Shown: positions 1 to 12,272 of the stretch, one piece after another
Numbering within the stretch: the stretch's first letter is position 1
Layout of the letters: every line of letters starts with the position of its first letter
Origin: Paramecium tetraurelia
Taxonomy: Eukaryota
Assembly: GCA_000165425.1 (NCBI GenBank)
Contig: CT868060.1
Coordinates: 124,001-188,000 of the forward strand
Direction: 5' to 3'
DNA length: 64,000 nucleotides
Made by a program: the position numbers and the translations under genes
Notes under the pieces: model-generated
What the model was told of the DNA's origin: nothing
Databases searched by the model: none
Seen by the model: the letters and a program-made list of their open reading frames with translations, nothing else

Positions 1-1680
1 TCAGATTATTAATTAGTTTCACCTTTTGTTTGTTAAATGCTCTCAGATTATGCTTGTATTCATGATACAGATACATTTAGTTGTATTACAACTGATCAAG
101 ATAATTAAATGATAGGTCTATCTAAATTGGCATGTCTTCAAAATAATTAAAAACCTGTGTATTGGAACGAAACTAATTATTGTGAAGACTTGAAAATATA
201 AATAACTTGTGATTCTAAATTGTAAGTTAACTCAATTGCTTGTTAAAGCATTTCTGACACCCCTTGTTTATACAATAATAAATTAAATTAATGCATTAGC
301 TAATTTAATGTATGGTCACTCACATGTGACGCAGCTGGTTTAAATCTACATGCATGCAGCATGGTCCTTTAAGAACCATGTATCTTTAGGAATAATAAGT
401 GTTAGAAATTTAATGATTATTAGTCATCTTGTATCACTGTAAAGAATGTAAATGCTTTGGCTTGTGCATCGATAATTAATGAAAATTGTATATATGATTC
501 TGTAAAACTATAATGTAATGTTCCTATCTATCAATCTAATACTTGTAATGTTTCTGGCAAAAATAAAATGTTTTGTGAAACAAATTCTCTATGCAATTGG
601 AGTTAAGAAAAGTTAATGTGTACATGTATTGAATTCCAATCAGAAATTTGCAAATTTGATAAAATTAATGAATGCAAAGCAAACTCAAATTGTTATTTCA
701 ATGGTAATTAATGCACCAGAAAATAGTGTTATCATTTAAAATCAGAAGATTGCAATTCCATTTTAGATGATAAATAATGCTACTTAAATAATTTAAATGA
801 TTGTCAATCAGCAAGTAGATGTGAAGATATTATTGATTCAAAGTTACCATGTTCTAACTATGTTATCAATTCTATTCAATGCAGTTAAGCAGGGAATCAA
901 TGTGCTTCATCTAATAATCTAGATCTATATTGTCCATACTCTGATTGCTCAAATCCTAAATGCAAATATCAATTTGGTATTTGTAAAGTTAGAACTTGCT
1001 CTGATTACAGTATCAAAGATTGCAATGGTGTAGGTGGTTGCTATTTAGATTCAAATAAGATATGCTAAATACTAAGTTCGTGCTCTTTGGTAAATAATTA
1101 TGGAGAGTCTGCTATGAATATTTGCAATCAATTATCAGTATAAGGTTTTAGATGCAATTGGCAGAAAATGTCTCTATTAGATTCTATTGAAGTGTGTACA
1201 AGTCAACCATGTCAATTATATGGATCATCAAAAAGTTTATGCCATGGAAATGAAATAAATGGCTATTCATGCATTCTTTCTAATTCATTGATTTGTTCAT
1301 AATGTGAACAAATTGTAGAGAAGTGCCAATGTGAAAATTAATAATAGATCTGTTCTTATGCTAATGGTAAATGTGTTTCAATCTTATGTTCTTCCTTCCT
1401 GACAAAGGTTGAATGTTTATAGGCATAAGACCGTTGTTATTGGAGTGCTCAATTGAAAGAGGATAATTCTATTGTTGAGAAATGTGTAAAAGAATGCATT
1501 AAAATTATTGATTCAGATGAATGTACTTCTAGATCGAAGGAATGTTACTATGAACCTTTGCAGATGAAGTGTATGAAGGGTCAAAAACAGGTCATAGATT
1601 TAAGCACTGATATCATTATTGAAGAATTCTATTCCCATGTCATGTCAACTTTGATCCTAATTTTTATTTTATTGTCATGA
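1..1680 (+). CDS. Cysteine-rich surface protein with Paramecium surface-antigen-like repeats, 5'-truncated by the window; C-terminal hydrophobic (GPI-signal-like) tail
   Basis: Frame 1 reads as protein under code 6 from base 1 (SDYQLVSPFVCQMLSDYAC...) to TGA 1678-1680; periodic Cys, C-x-W/C-x-Y motifs; ends ...HVMSTLILIFILLS*. Confidence 0.85.
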
Positions 1681-2078
1681 ATTAAAATAATTATTTTAAC
1701 AATTCTCATCTATTCTCTCTGATCAATTTGATTTATAATTGATTATTTAAATATATATTATATTTATTACTGTTGAATAATACTTACATCATAAGAACAG
1801 ATTAGGAGTGTATTTAATAGAAATTACCAGGATGAGATATCATATAATAAGTATGGTTTTAAATTAAATAGATTTGTTATAATGAATAATTAGAATAGTA
1901 TTCCAACTTAACTAGTTAATTTGTCAATAATTGAGAGTATTAAAGATGAGAATAGACAGAATAATAAATATCAATCGTATTTAATATGTGCATATGAGAA
2001 ATATTTCTTTATGATTTACTCATCTATTTAGCTTAGTGAGATTATGAATTTTAATTAATTATTTTAATATATAATAAA

Positions 2079-2314
2079 ATGGCAGACGTGAGAGAATAGA
2101 GAATTTATTGTGCTGAATAGATTGTTGTACCTCCTGAATTGCCAGTGATTTTGAAACATTATGCAAAGGAAGTTATTAGAAACAAGCCAGGAGATATCGT
2201 CGACTTCTCTGCAAAATATTTTAGATCATTATTAGAAAAAAGAGGTAACTGTTTTGTTTAATTTGAATTTACTTAGCCAAAGAACACGAATTTTCTGAAA
2301 TAGTAAAACAATGA
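2079..2314 (+). CDS. 67-aa RIIa dimerisation/docking-domain protein (ropporin/RSP11-like, probable ciliary radial-spoke component)
   Basis: MADVREQRIYCAEQIVVPPELPVILKHYAKEVIRNKPGDIVDFSAKYFRSLLEKRAKEHEFSEIVKQ*; 32-nt intron 2245-2276; QI.vPPEL..ILK.YaK.vIR..P.D....sa.YF is the ROPN1/RSP11 RIIa signature. Confidence 0.85.
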
Positions 2315-2349
2315 ATCCAATATTAATTATTATTAGAATATAAATTATC

Positions 2350-3400
2350 TCATTTTTTAGTTTTCATATCACTTGCTTATTGTGAATCATGTTAGGCTTT
2401 AAGTTTTTTGATTTTATCTTCCAAATATCTTTTATCTTATTCTCTTCTCTTTTGTAATCTCTGCTAACTCAATACACCCAATTAGAGTTTACGTAGATTG
2501 CAGAACAACTCTTCGATTTCTTGATTCAAAGCTAATTTAGTATTTTAAAGCACTTCCTTTAGTTGCCTATCCAATTTATCCTTGATTGAAGTTGGTAATG
2601 GTAATGCCTCATTAATCCATTTATTTCTTAAATACACAATTCTCTCAGTAGTTGTCTTTTTAACTTCTTCATTTCTTGACGACATGTCTATAAGGTAATT
2701 GATAGACTTGTCGTCAATGTCCTAAATGACAAATACTAGTTACATCATATTCTTATAGATTAATAGATTTGCATAGACTTTTATGTTCTCTCTCTTGCTT
2801 TTTTATTTATTGATCAACCTTCCTTAAATCTTCTTGCAACTTCTTTTCTTCATCACAAATTTACTTTGTTCTTTTTAAATACTTTTCAAGTTCCATATTT
2901 CTAAATCGATCATACTCTTCATCGTAAACATAATTGTATAGAAAATGCTATGTTTCATTCCTCTTCTGCAAGACCTCATTAACAACGCCATAATATCTGT
3001 CTTTCAATTCATAAATATCTCTGTTTTTATTTTTATATGAATATCGATCAGAAAGCACAATGAAATTGTAATTGTAATTCCTCAATTGATTGAATAAATA
3101 TTAAGTCTCTTCAAAACTCCAATCATCATCAACACTTACTTCTCCTTCTTTAAACTCAAGGTATTCTGGATCTTAATTGACCTTCTCCCCAGTGAACACT
3201 TTTCCCCTTTCTTATTCAGGCACCCATGCCTTTACTTTTTCAATTTACTAATTCGATAACAATATCTCCTCTTGAGCCCATTTCTAATGGTTTTGAGGTT
3301 TTGTTTATGAGAAAAGAGCAAACGGATAGAGACCACCAGTCAGATTGAGTACTTCTTTGTCTACGTAGGAATTAAGCTTTCTCAATTCTTTTTTATTCAT
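2350..3400 (-). CDS. DMAP1: DNA methyltransferase 1-associated protein 1 / Swc4-Eaf2 (SANT-domain subunit of NuA4/SWR1)
   Basis: N-term DKEVLNLTGG (cf. REVYALTGG); SANT WSFEETQYLFNQLRNYNYNFIVLSDRY...ELKDRYY; YDEEYDRFRNMELEKYLKRT; one 22-nt intron restores frame. Confidence 0.85.
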
Positions 3401-4806
3401 AATTATTAATATTATATCAATAATTTACATCCTGATCCTTTGTGAGTATTCTTATTCTAAAATGCTGGGAATACAGGACCTATTATGTTTTGGAATCTCT
3501 CTCCATTTGGATGCATCTTCGAAGTTATAGTCATGCACTTATTGTCCATATCAACCAAGACTTTAATAACTAAGGAGTCTCGTTGATAACCATAATTCAA
3601 CGTAGTTCCAACTATCTTTCTCTACTTATTGGCTACTCCGACAACCAAGCTGGCTGTCAAGTCTTCAATTATGCCATTGATTATTAATTTGATTTCCCAA
3701 GACCACACTCCAAAATTTAATGGATTTGTGCCCAACACTAACCCAGGCTTCTCAAATTACACCTAGATATCATTATTAATTATTTTCTTAGAAATGATTA
3801 GACTATCTTCAACGGATTATTGTTGAGATGTGGTCAAATTCAGGATCTCACTGAATTCACTTGTTCTATTTTCGAAGATACTTTACACTCTGAATTTATA
3901 ATTTGTTTTTGTTTATAATCCATTGATTGTAAATTAAGGGTCCGTACCTTTATAAACCTACTTAAACTACTCAACTCCTTTGATTTTCATCCCAATCCCC
4001 ATTTCTAAATTATAATCAACCTTTTATTTGGAGTGAGTCCATTATAACTAAATAGAATTTGATTAGCACAACTATTTAATAAATTTCCGCTTTTCAAAAG
4101 TTTCACAAACTTCAACAATTTTTTCTTGACTTTCCAATTTTCGAGAACTTGCACTTCTTCTCACACTAGACTGAGTGTGAATTCTACGTGGACTAACTGT
4201 ACTTGATTCTAGGTTTTTTTAAAAATCGATATTTAAAATAAACTCGATAAACTATTCTTTGGAGGTTAAATTAAATGTTTCCTTCTAATAATTGAGACAC
4301 TCTGGGATTTCAAAAGATTGTTCTGAATTGATTTTGACAGCTGCTTCAATTACATTTCTTCTTTATTTAAGCATTTTCATTTATTAACCCTGATAATTAG
4401 AGATGGTATCAATCAACTATTTTTTTTTCCTATCTAAAACTTCCTAAATCTAATCAAAATATCTCAAAACAAAAGCCATTTGATCTTATGAGTATTATTC
4501 GAATTCTGCAATGATCGACAATTATTTCACTATTTACTAGTGTAGTTCTTAATTAATTGCAATTTTGATATGATTAGAGAATTTTCCTATATTGTGAACA
4601 GATTGATAACATTCTTCACAGAATTGAAATTTGCACTATTCACATCTTAATTAGGCGGAGGTTTAATCACACCTTGAGCAAAGCGCATTTAAATCATTGT
4701 CTGGTAAATTTATTTTTTTTGGATCACTACAACAATTACATTTTTCACAGATTATTTATTGACAACCAATACAAAATGATTATTTTCCTTTGTGTTCACA
4801 AAACAT
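3397..4806 (-). CDS. B-box / coiled-coil / fibronectin-III / SPRY-like protein (RING-less TRIM-like architecture), 469 aa, no intron needed
   Basis: CSRCDQTSAQLRCEQCKFQFCEECYQSVHNIGKFSNH (B-box); LQWTH...QVYKGTDPQFTINGLQTKTNYKFRV (FN3); WSWEIK...VVGV...VLVDMD...GPVFPAF (SPRY-like); 1410 nt = 470 codons. Confidence 0.8.
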
Positions 4807-4914
4807 GATGTAGAATTCTGGTCTTTTTTTAATTATTGTTAAATTATATGTTATAACTGCATTTTTTATTTATATACACAAATATATAAAGTATACCAAA
4901 AAGTCAGACAACAA

Positions 4915-7900
4915 TCAATAATATTATTCCAGAAATGAATTGTACTAAAAGTAGTAAATTTCAATACCTATTGCAATCCAGAATCAATTAACTAGTCATA
5001 TATATCCATTTTATTTAGCAACCTCAATTCCATCATTTCTTTGTCATCTTAAGTGGTTGATGAAATGAAATTATCTTCAAAATCGATGTCATCGACATTC
5101 TTCAACAATTGCAACTATTAATTGTCTACTTTAGACTTTAAGATAGATTTCTTTAATTCTTCTACTCCAATACTTTCAAGCACTATAAATTTATATTCAT
5201 AAGGGTACATGATTAAGTTGAGATATTTTAACAAATCGGACAATATTTGTTTTCCAGGCAAAATGGATGCATTGTGTGACCACACTTTAGCAGAATAGCC
5301 TAGTCTTGAGTGTATGGTTATTAACACTCTATACATATTATTTCATATAGATTTGACTTGTTCATCAAAGAATACAGTAACTTAAGCAATTTGATGTTAT
5401 CATTTCTAATTATCTTAGATATCTTTTCAACTAATTGTTTTTCATATCCAAATTCCTTAAAAACTGTAATAAAACTACTCTTCAAATGAACTTGGTTGAA
5501 TGTCTCATGATTTATCTCTATGATTTTAATTAATTCTGTAGGAGAGTAACGGAATAAATTCATAAAGAGCTAACTAAATTGCTGATTGAAAACAAAGGAT
5601 CGCTTGAGTTTACACCAATGAGTTTAATGCATCGAAGGATTGAAGATTTGATGTGCTATATACAAGTACAAATCTTAGTGATAATCATCAGATTAGACAG
5701 CAATCTTAGTTGCTCTCATAAGGTTCTGGAACAATTAGGATACTCGATCTTAGTTCCTAAATGACAAAATGTAATTCCTAGATTCCTCTTTATAGACTTA
5801 AAGGTAGTTATCAATAGCCTATTGATAGAGTCCTTTTTATTCCATAATGTATCCCAATCCTTCGATATTGTTGGTTTAATGGAAAATTTGTTCGACGTCT
5901 TCCAATTAGTATTATCTGTTCTTCAACCATGGAATGGTGTTTTCAGGTTCATGTATACTAATCAATTCAATCAATTTCAATTGGAGAAATGGCGAAAGAT
6001 CAATGGACAGATATTTGAATACGTGCAACAATTCCTTTTTTGGTTGATAAATGATGAGTTTTTGTAAGGTCTCAATAGGCCAACTTTGAAAGACTTTAGC
6101 ACACTTCTCAGGATCTAATTCAAGTAGCTTATCCAGATGATCCAACATCAACGGATCATAGGATTGGTATTCAAGCCATTTGTAGACTCGAAGTTTGAAT
6201 TCTTCATAATCAAAGAATATTTTGATGGCTTCGTTGAACTGATTTTGGGATAAGAAGTAATAAGCAATATAATCAACACACTTGCTTTCGTATGCCTACT
6301 CGATTAATGAGGTGTGAGGCATCAAATAATAAATCATTTGTAAGATCTGATCTAAATCTTCAGGCATGGCTACATAGTTATCAATATATGATTTATTAAT
6401 TTCAAAGATCTGTAATAATAATTTCTCTGAGTCTTTGACTTTGATCTAATCAATTATCTTACTGATAAACAATAGATATTAAAGTAAATACTATTATTTG
6501 ATGCTGCTTACTTATTCAAAGATCTTGGTTGCCAATAAGTTCTCTTAAGTGATGTTGAAATAAGAGTACACTGATTCATGATGCAATGCACCAAAACAAG
6601 GTTATTTAAGATAAGTGGTTAGGATTTGGAACAATTTGTCACTTTAGAACACGTCTAACACTTCCATCAACCACAACATCTATTATCTAACAGCTTTCTT
6701 CCAAATTTCCAATGGTATCTGATCGTTAGGAAACAGAATTTACTTCTATGTGATTTCTATAAACCATAAACATTTTTCATATAGTTCCTATTTATGTTTC
6801 TCGAACATTTTATTCAAGGGCGTTAGAAAATCTTCCTCTTTTCTTGGACAAATGTACAATAATGGAGTGTAAATCTCTTTACTCAGACAGACATCGTATG
6901 TATATCCGATATCAATTGAATTTAAATCCAAATTGATTACCAATTATTGGAATGACTCAGGAGAGAATTTGTTTGCCAAATCAAAGAATATTTCTTTGGG
7001 CAATTAAGTGATCTTCTTTAGATGTAGTTCTAACACTCTGTAATAGTCATCCAAAATCTATTATTTCTCACATCCTTATCTTACGATAATTAAATGCTAC
7101 GGGATTTAACAAAGAAGAATAAACTACACGACTGCTGATATCAACTCTCTATTCATCTTCGAATTAGTAATACTAGTAATTAGAGTAGGAGCCAAAGTTT
7201 GGATTGCACTTCTATCTTCATCCAATTCCAGATTGGGCATGCCTTTAACCTTGCCTCTGTAGACTTGGATAAGAAATTTCAATGCCACTGACCATTGTGG
7301 AGTATCATTTTGTATTAGCGATTTCAGATATTGTAACCAACTCAATGCGTGCAATGAATACAACTTATTTTCTGATATGAAGTAGACTACATTGCTTATT
7401 ACTCTTAGACAATATATGTTTTGATGGAAGTGGGTGTTAGAAATCTTAGCCTTGCTGTCAGATTTAAAACAATATTTGCCTTTTGAGAAATAAGGTATGT
7501 AAAGGACTTGAAATTACCCTTCGGTGGCAGCAAGGATTAGGTTTTCGGAGATGAATTTAGCTCCGATTAGAGGAGTATCAGCAGAATAGAATGAAAAATA
7601 CCATGGGGAATTTTCCAAGAAGGTGATCAATTAAATAAATGAGTTCCATTGGATGGATAGCAATTATATTTGATTGCCTTCATGATGGCATTTACCCCAA
7701 TGGAGGTCATTGTTTGATTTCTGTTTATCAAAAACATGTACTACCCTCACTTCAGGATTGATGGAGAGTGTTATAACCATGTTGCTGTTTGCCAGAGTTA
7801 ATAATAAACTGGTTTTATCGGTATCTGAGTATTTGAATTGCTATGATATTAGTTAGGTGACTGGGTACTCAAACTTATTCAATATGGTATTGGTTACAAT

Positions 7901-8476
7901 TTTACTTCTGAATAAGTTCTGACCGACTCTAATCAATTTGACATTGCCATCCAGATCCGACGATGCAATCACTACTTCATTGGCTTGCACATCGACTATA
8001 TTCAAACCTATTATTGTGGTTTGATGTTCTTGTATTTTATATAACAATTTTAATTGACTTCCTTCATAGATGTGAATTAGGCCAGTCTCAAATCCGACAG
8101 CTATAATTTGTCCCTTGACTGAAATGTATGATACATCCTAAATTTGAATGGTTTTGCAATTCTTGTTATTGGAAAACAATGCAAGCTAGGGTTCCCAATA
8201 ATTGATCAGATAATTCGTTGAGATGCCAAAGGTTTTGGATTGGTGTCCCAGAGTCATAATTTGAATTGGGGAAATGAATTCCTCTTGATCGCAAATGAAT
8301 GATTCATTGTTCTGATTATTGCATTCCAGAGTCTGGGAATCGCTATTCAAATGATTGAGTTGTTCTCTCATCTCGTCATCCTCTTGGAGAATATCTTCCA
8401 AATCGACTTGACTGGCATCCTCACAAAACGTGATCTCTCCATTGTCTCCTTCTAGTATTTAACTTAAGTTAATCAT
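4915..8476 (-). CDS. VPS8: Vacuolar protein sorting 8 (CORVET subunit): N-terminal beta-propeller, alpha-solenoid, C-terminal RING-H2
   Basis: Acidic N-term, WD-like region, DLNSIDIGYIYDVCLSKEIYTPLLYI...EDFLTPL (Vps8 domain), C-terminal CIEC...CGHTMHPFC...CPIC; introns of 26 and 23 nt near the 3' end give 1171 codons. Confidence 0.8.
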
Positions 8477-8638
8477 TTTTATTATATACGAACAATTATA
8501 TACAAATGAAAAATTCATTTTAATGTTCCCTCTTTGATTTTTGATCGTGATGCTCATTTCAGACATCTGATGCCAACAAGATTCAGTATTTCACTCATTC
8601 CAAGATATATTATCTTAAAACAACTGATAATTTATTCA

Positions 8639-11600
8639 ATGAAGTAATAATAATTACCTTCTTTCACAGAAACTGGTTTGAAATTTTAAACTCTATCTCA
8701 TACGAATTCCTTATTAAAGCAAATCAGTAGTCAATAGATATCGACCAGGAGCAACAACTCCACAGTCACCTAAAATAATTTTCATATAGCAGAATAATTG
8801 AAATTGGCCAAGGCAGAACAGAAGAGCCATCAAAATAGTTTCCTTTTCAATTCGGTCTTCCAGAACAGTAAGAAGCAATTGCCCCATAAAAACACTTCTC
8901 GCAATCAACTGGATCTTGAAGACTTCGTCAAGTTTACTAGGAGTAAGAAACAAGCCAATCTACTGTTGGAGAAGGACAAGAAGGAACAGGTCTCAGTTAT
9001 GTCTCGAGTTCGGGAGGATCTCAGTCATTATTATGATCCGATCAAAGGGGAAAGGAAGAAGTCTGATAATTTATTGGATGAGAAAAAGAGATTGGATAGG
9101 AAGAAACCACAAATCAGTAGGAGATAGATATCGCAGATGAGTTCGCCTCAACTATCCCTTTTGGACATGAATGAGTACTTGAAGTTGGAGACTTCTCTGA
9201 ATTCAGAAATTCGGAATTTGCAAACAGATGCTCCCATGGGCAGGGTCTAGGCGATCAAATTAAGGGAATGGTTTGACAAGTAGAAGCAAGTGGATCAATC
9301 TGATACTTTAAACTTGTTATCAGTTACCATTAAGGAATTGATAAAGTAAATTAAATTCGAATGTTTGGAAAGAGGATTATTGATTGAAGAAATTTGGACC
9401 AAAGTGGTTAATATCGTTAATGATATGAAATTTTAAACAGAGATATTCATTTCCAAAGGCAAAGTTTAGATGTTGGATGAATATGCAATTTAATCCAAAA
9501 TATTCGGTCATGAAATTGACAGTCTCAAGGCAGAACTCAAAAAACAAACAGAACAATTGACTGCTGAAAACAAGAAGAACAATATCCTCAAAGATGATTA
9601 TAAGGAATTAGAAGATTAATTCGGAAAAATGAGATTGCAATCCAATGACCTCAAAAAAATTGTCGCCTATTTGACCAAAAAATTAAAGTAGGCCAATAGC
9701 GAAATAGAACTCTTGACAAAAAAATTGCAGAATGAAAAAAAACATCGATTCTCTTAAGTGGCTGTTCCACATACTGAAATCATAGTCAATCAATCAGAAA
9801 AACATCTACTGAGCAAATAAAACAGTATCTATAATGCTCCCTCAGTTTTTTATTTGAAATAAGGTCGCAACTCCATCATCCCCCAAAAATCAGATTCCCT
9901 ATAAAACTCTGTGCAATCCCAACAAGTGAAACAAGACTCCTCTTCAGAAGAAGATCACGATGAAGTTATCGAAGAACTTATGGATGATAAGAATATTATT
10001 GAAATGGACAACATGGTCATGAGTATGGATAAGATCATCACCGTTGCTTGTTTTGGTTAAATCACAGGGCTAGACTTCCTTGAATATGCCACTAGAGAAA
10101 AAGCATGTCAAACATTGATCTCCATGCAAAGGTCAGATTTCAATTAATTTACACAATCTCAAGAAAAATTCGATTAGGTTTTCGAGTAGTAGAAAATTAA
10201 ACACAACATCGAGGAAATAGTTAAGGTTTATGAAGGTAAGAATGAGTTAAATTTATAATTTAGATAAATTCAAAAATCAACCCTCAAGCAGATAATTGAA
10301 TTCCTTGATCGAGAAGAAGTTTTTCACTTAAAAAGATCCTGACATACCGTCTTTGACCGACAAAAACCTTATGTTGGACTCTGAGGTTTTCGATGAGAAT
10401 AAAAGGATAATTCACACTTAGGTTGATATTTAATTATAGAAATAACACAATGTGTAGCAAGTAGATGTAGAGAAAGTGAAGACTCTAATAGAATTGTTGT
10501 CTGGAGCTGAAATGCAGAACAAATCAAAGGATCACAAACTGATGGAAATGCAAAACCATATCAAATCGTTGAATGAGCAAATTGAGGAATTGAAAAGAAA
10601 GTTATCATTGTTTACAGAAGCTGATATGTATAATGTGGCATGTGGCAAGGAATAAATAAAGAAAGAACAGAAATAAATAGAACAGTTCTTAGAAAGTTAA
10701 AACTTAAAATCTGAATAGAAGATTGCAGTCAGAAAGCGAGATGCTAAAAAGATGACATAGGCTAAATTGATCTTCAAGGGACCTTAATTGGGACAGAAAG
10801 TCACTGTGGTCTATGAATTCTAGAAGCAGAATGCAGGACCCCTGCTTATCGAAAAAATCAAGTCAAAACAATTACCTAAAATAAAACATTTTATGCCTCT
10901 TAAATTGTTAATAAAATAGATCAATGTGATATATGCAGATAGAATTACATAATAAAAGGAGAATAGCAACATTAAAGACTAAGATTTGGCCTCATTTGTT
11001 TATTCTTATTTTCTATCCCAATTTGGTATTAAAAAGATTGCTGAACAAAAATTCTTAATTTTGGTTGTTTCAGTTAAGCACTATAAAAGTATTGTGAGAA
11101 TCAATAATTTTGCGAAATTCCTGAATCTCTTCGACACTTATGTTAATTTTAACTTAGACGAACTCAAACGATACTTAGAAGCCCATGATTATATAACGAA
11201 TATCTCCTAATTGGGTATTCTGAACTCTGATCAAGATTAAGAAATTAGATATATGGTTCCATACTTGAGAGTAGTTTAATATATAGGGATCTTTGCAGAT
11301 TCAAGAATGACAGCAGAAGAGAAAGAGGAGTTGAGAAGGGAGTTAGACTTGCTTAAGGAGAATGACCCCAAGTAAGCGAATAAATAGCATTTAATCGATT
11401 TTGATTAATTTATGATACAGCTGTTTGCCAAATATAAGATCCTTGTAAGCAGAGCAAAGGAGTATGTTATTAATGCCTTTGCAGCCTGCGATTTAGGTAT
11501 AATGGAGTATATTTAATTATAGATGGAAATGGGATGTGCAACTTTGAAGAATGGTTCCTATTGCTTAGACACATTGAGCCTGATCGTTTAAGTAGTGAAT

Positions 11601-12119
11601 AGATTTCTGAAATATTCTTTGCGAATGCGGACTTACTAGTTAAAGGAGAGTAGAACTTCTCGTTTGAAAAGTTTGCAGTCGTTTGTGTTGAGTTTGGTCT
11701 ATTCTCAGAGGAAGCTTAAAATTAGTTCTTATAAATCAAGGGGTAGAAGACTGAAATCATGATATAAGTATGAATTTTGACATCGTAATAAGTTTTCGAA
11801 GTTGCTGGAATCGTGGCCGAGTATTAGAGGAGTTATAGAATAAAGGTTTGATTAGATCGTGCTACTGGATGCTGATCGATTGGATTAGTGGAGACAAATT
11901 ATAGACACTTTACAAAAGAAAATTCAAGAGTTGTCTTCCCATCTGTAGTAATCTGGCATAGAGAAGAAAGTGAAGCCTTTGTTGATAGCAAGTCTCCTCT
12001 TGCAAAAGGAATCTGCGATGTTGTTGGAACTGTAAAATGACTACGAGGATGAGAGTGTCGGATCTCAGATGCAATCCAATCAATCCATTAGATTAGCCGA
12101 AGACCAAATCAAGGAGTGA
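8639..12119 (+). CDS. Large coiled-coil protein with an axonemal-dynein-light-chain (p28/AXDND1)-like motif and a C-terminal EF-hand
   Basis: ELIKQIKFECLERGLLIEEIW resembles p28 ELIRQVTINCAERGLLL; long heptad regions; FAACDLDGNGMCNFEEW EF-hand loop after intron removal; three small introns; start could also be the in-frame ATG at 8570. Confidence 0.65.
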
Positions 12120-12272
12120 GTTACTATTATTGTATTATTCTTAATATTTAATATTTGTTATATAAAATAATCAAGAGGGATCTTTCCGACCTTAGTTAAG
12201 TGTATATGTAGAACAAACCATTATGAAATTTTAATATATATTTAATTATCAACCGAAATTCAAAATTAAATT

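Noticed and set aside
8506..8544. Short upstream ORF MKNSFQCSLFDF* between VPS8 and the coiled-coil gene
   Set aside because: 12 codons in a divergent promoter; no support for function, and not distinguishable from chance.
10422..10439. 18-nt GT..AG candidate intron
   Set aside because: Shorter than every other intron here, 3n and stop-free (VDIQLQ); no evidence it is spliced.
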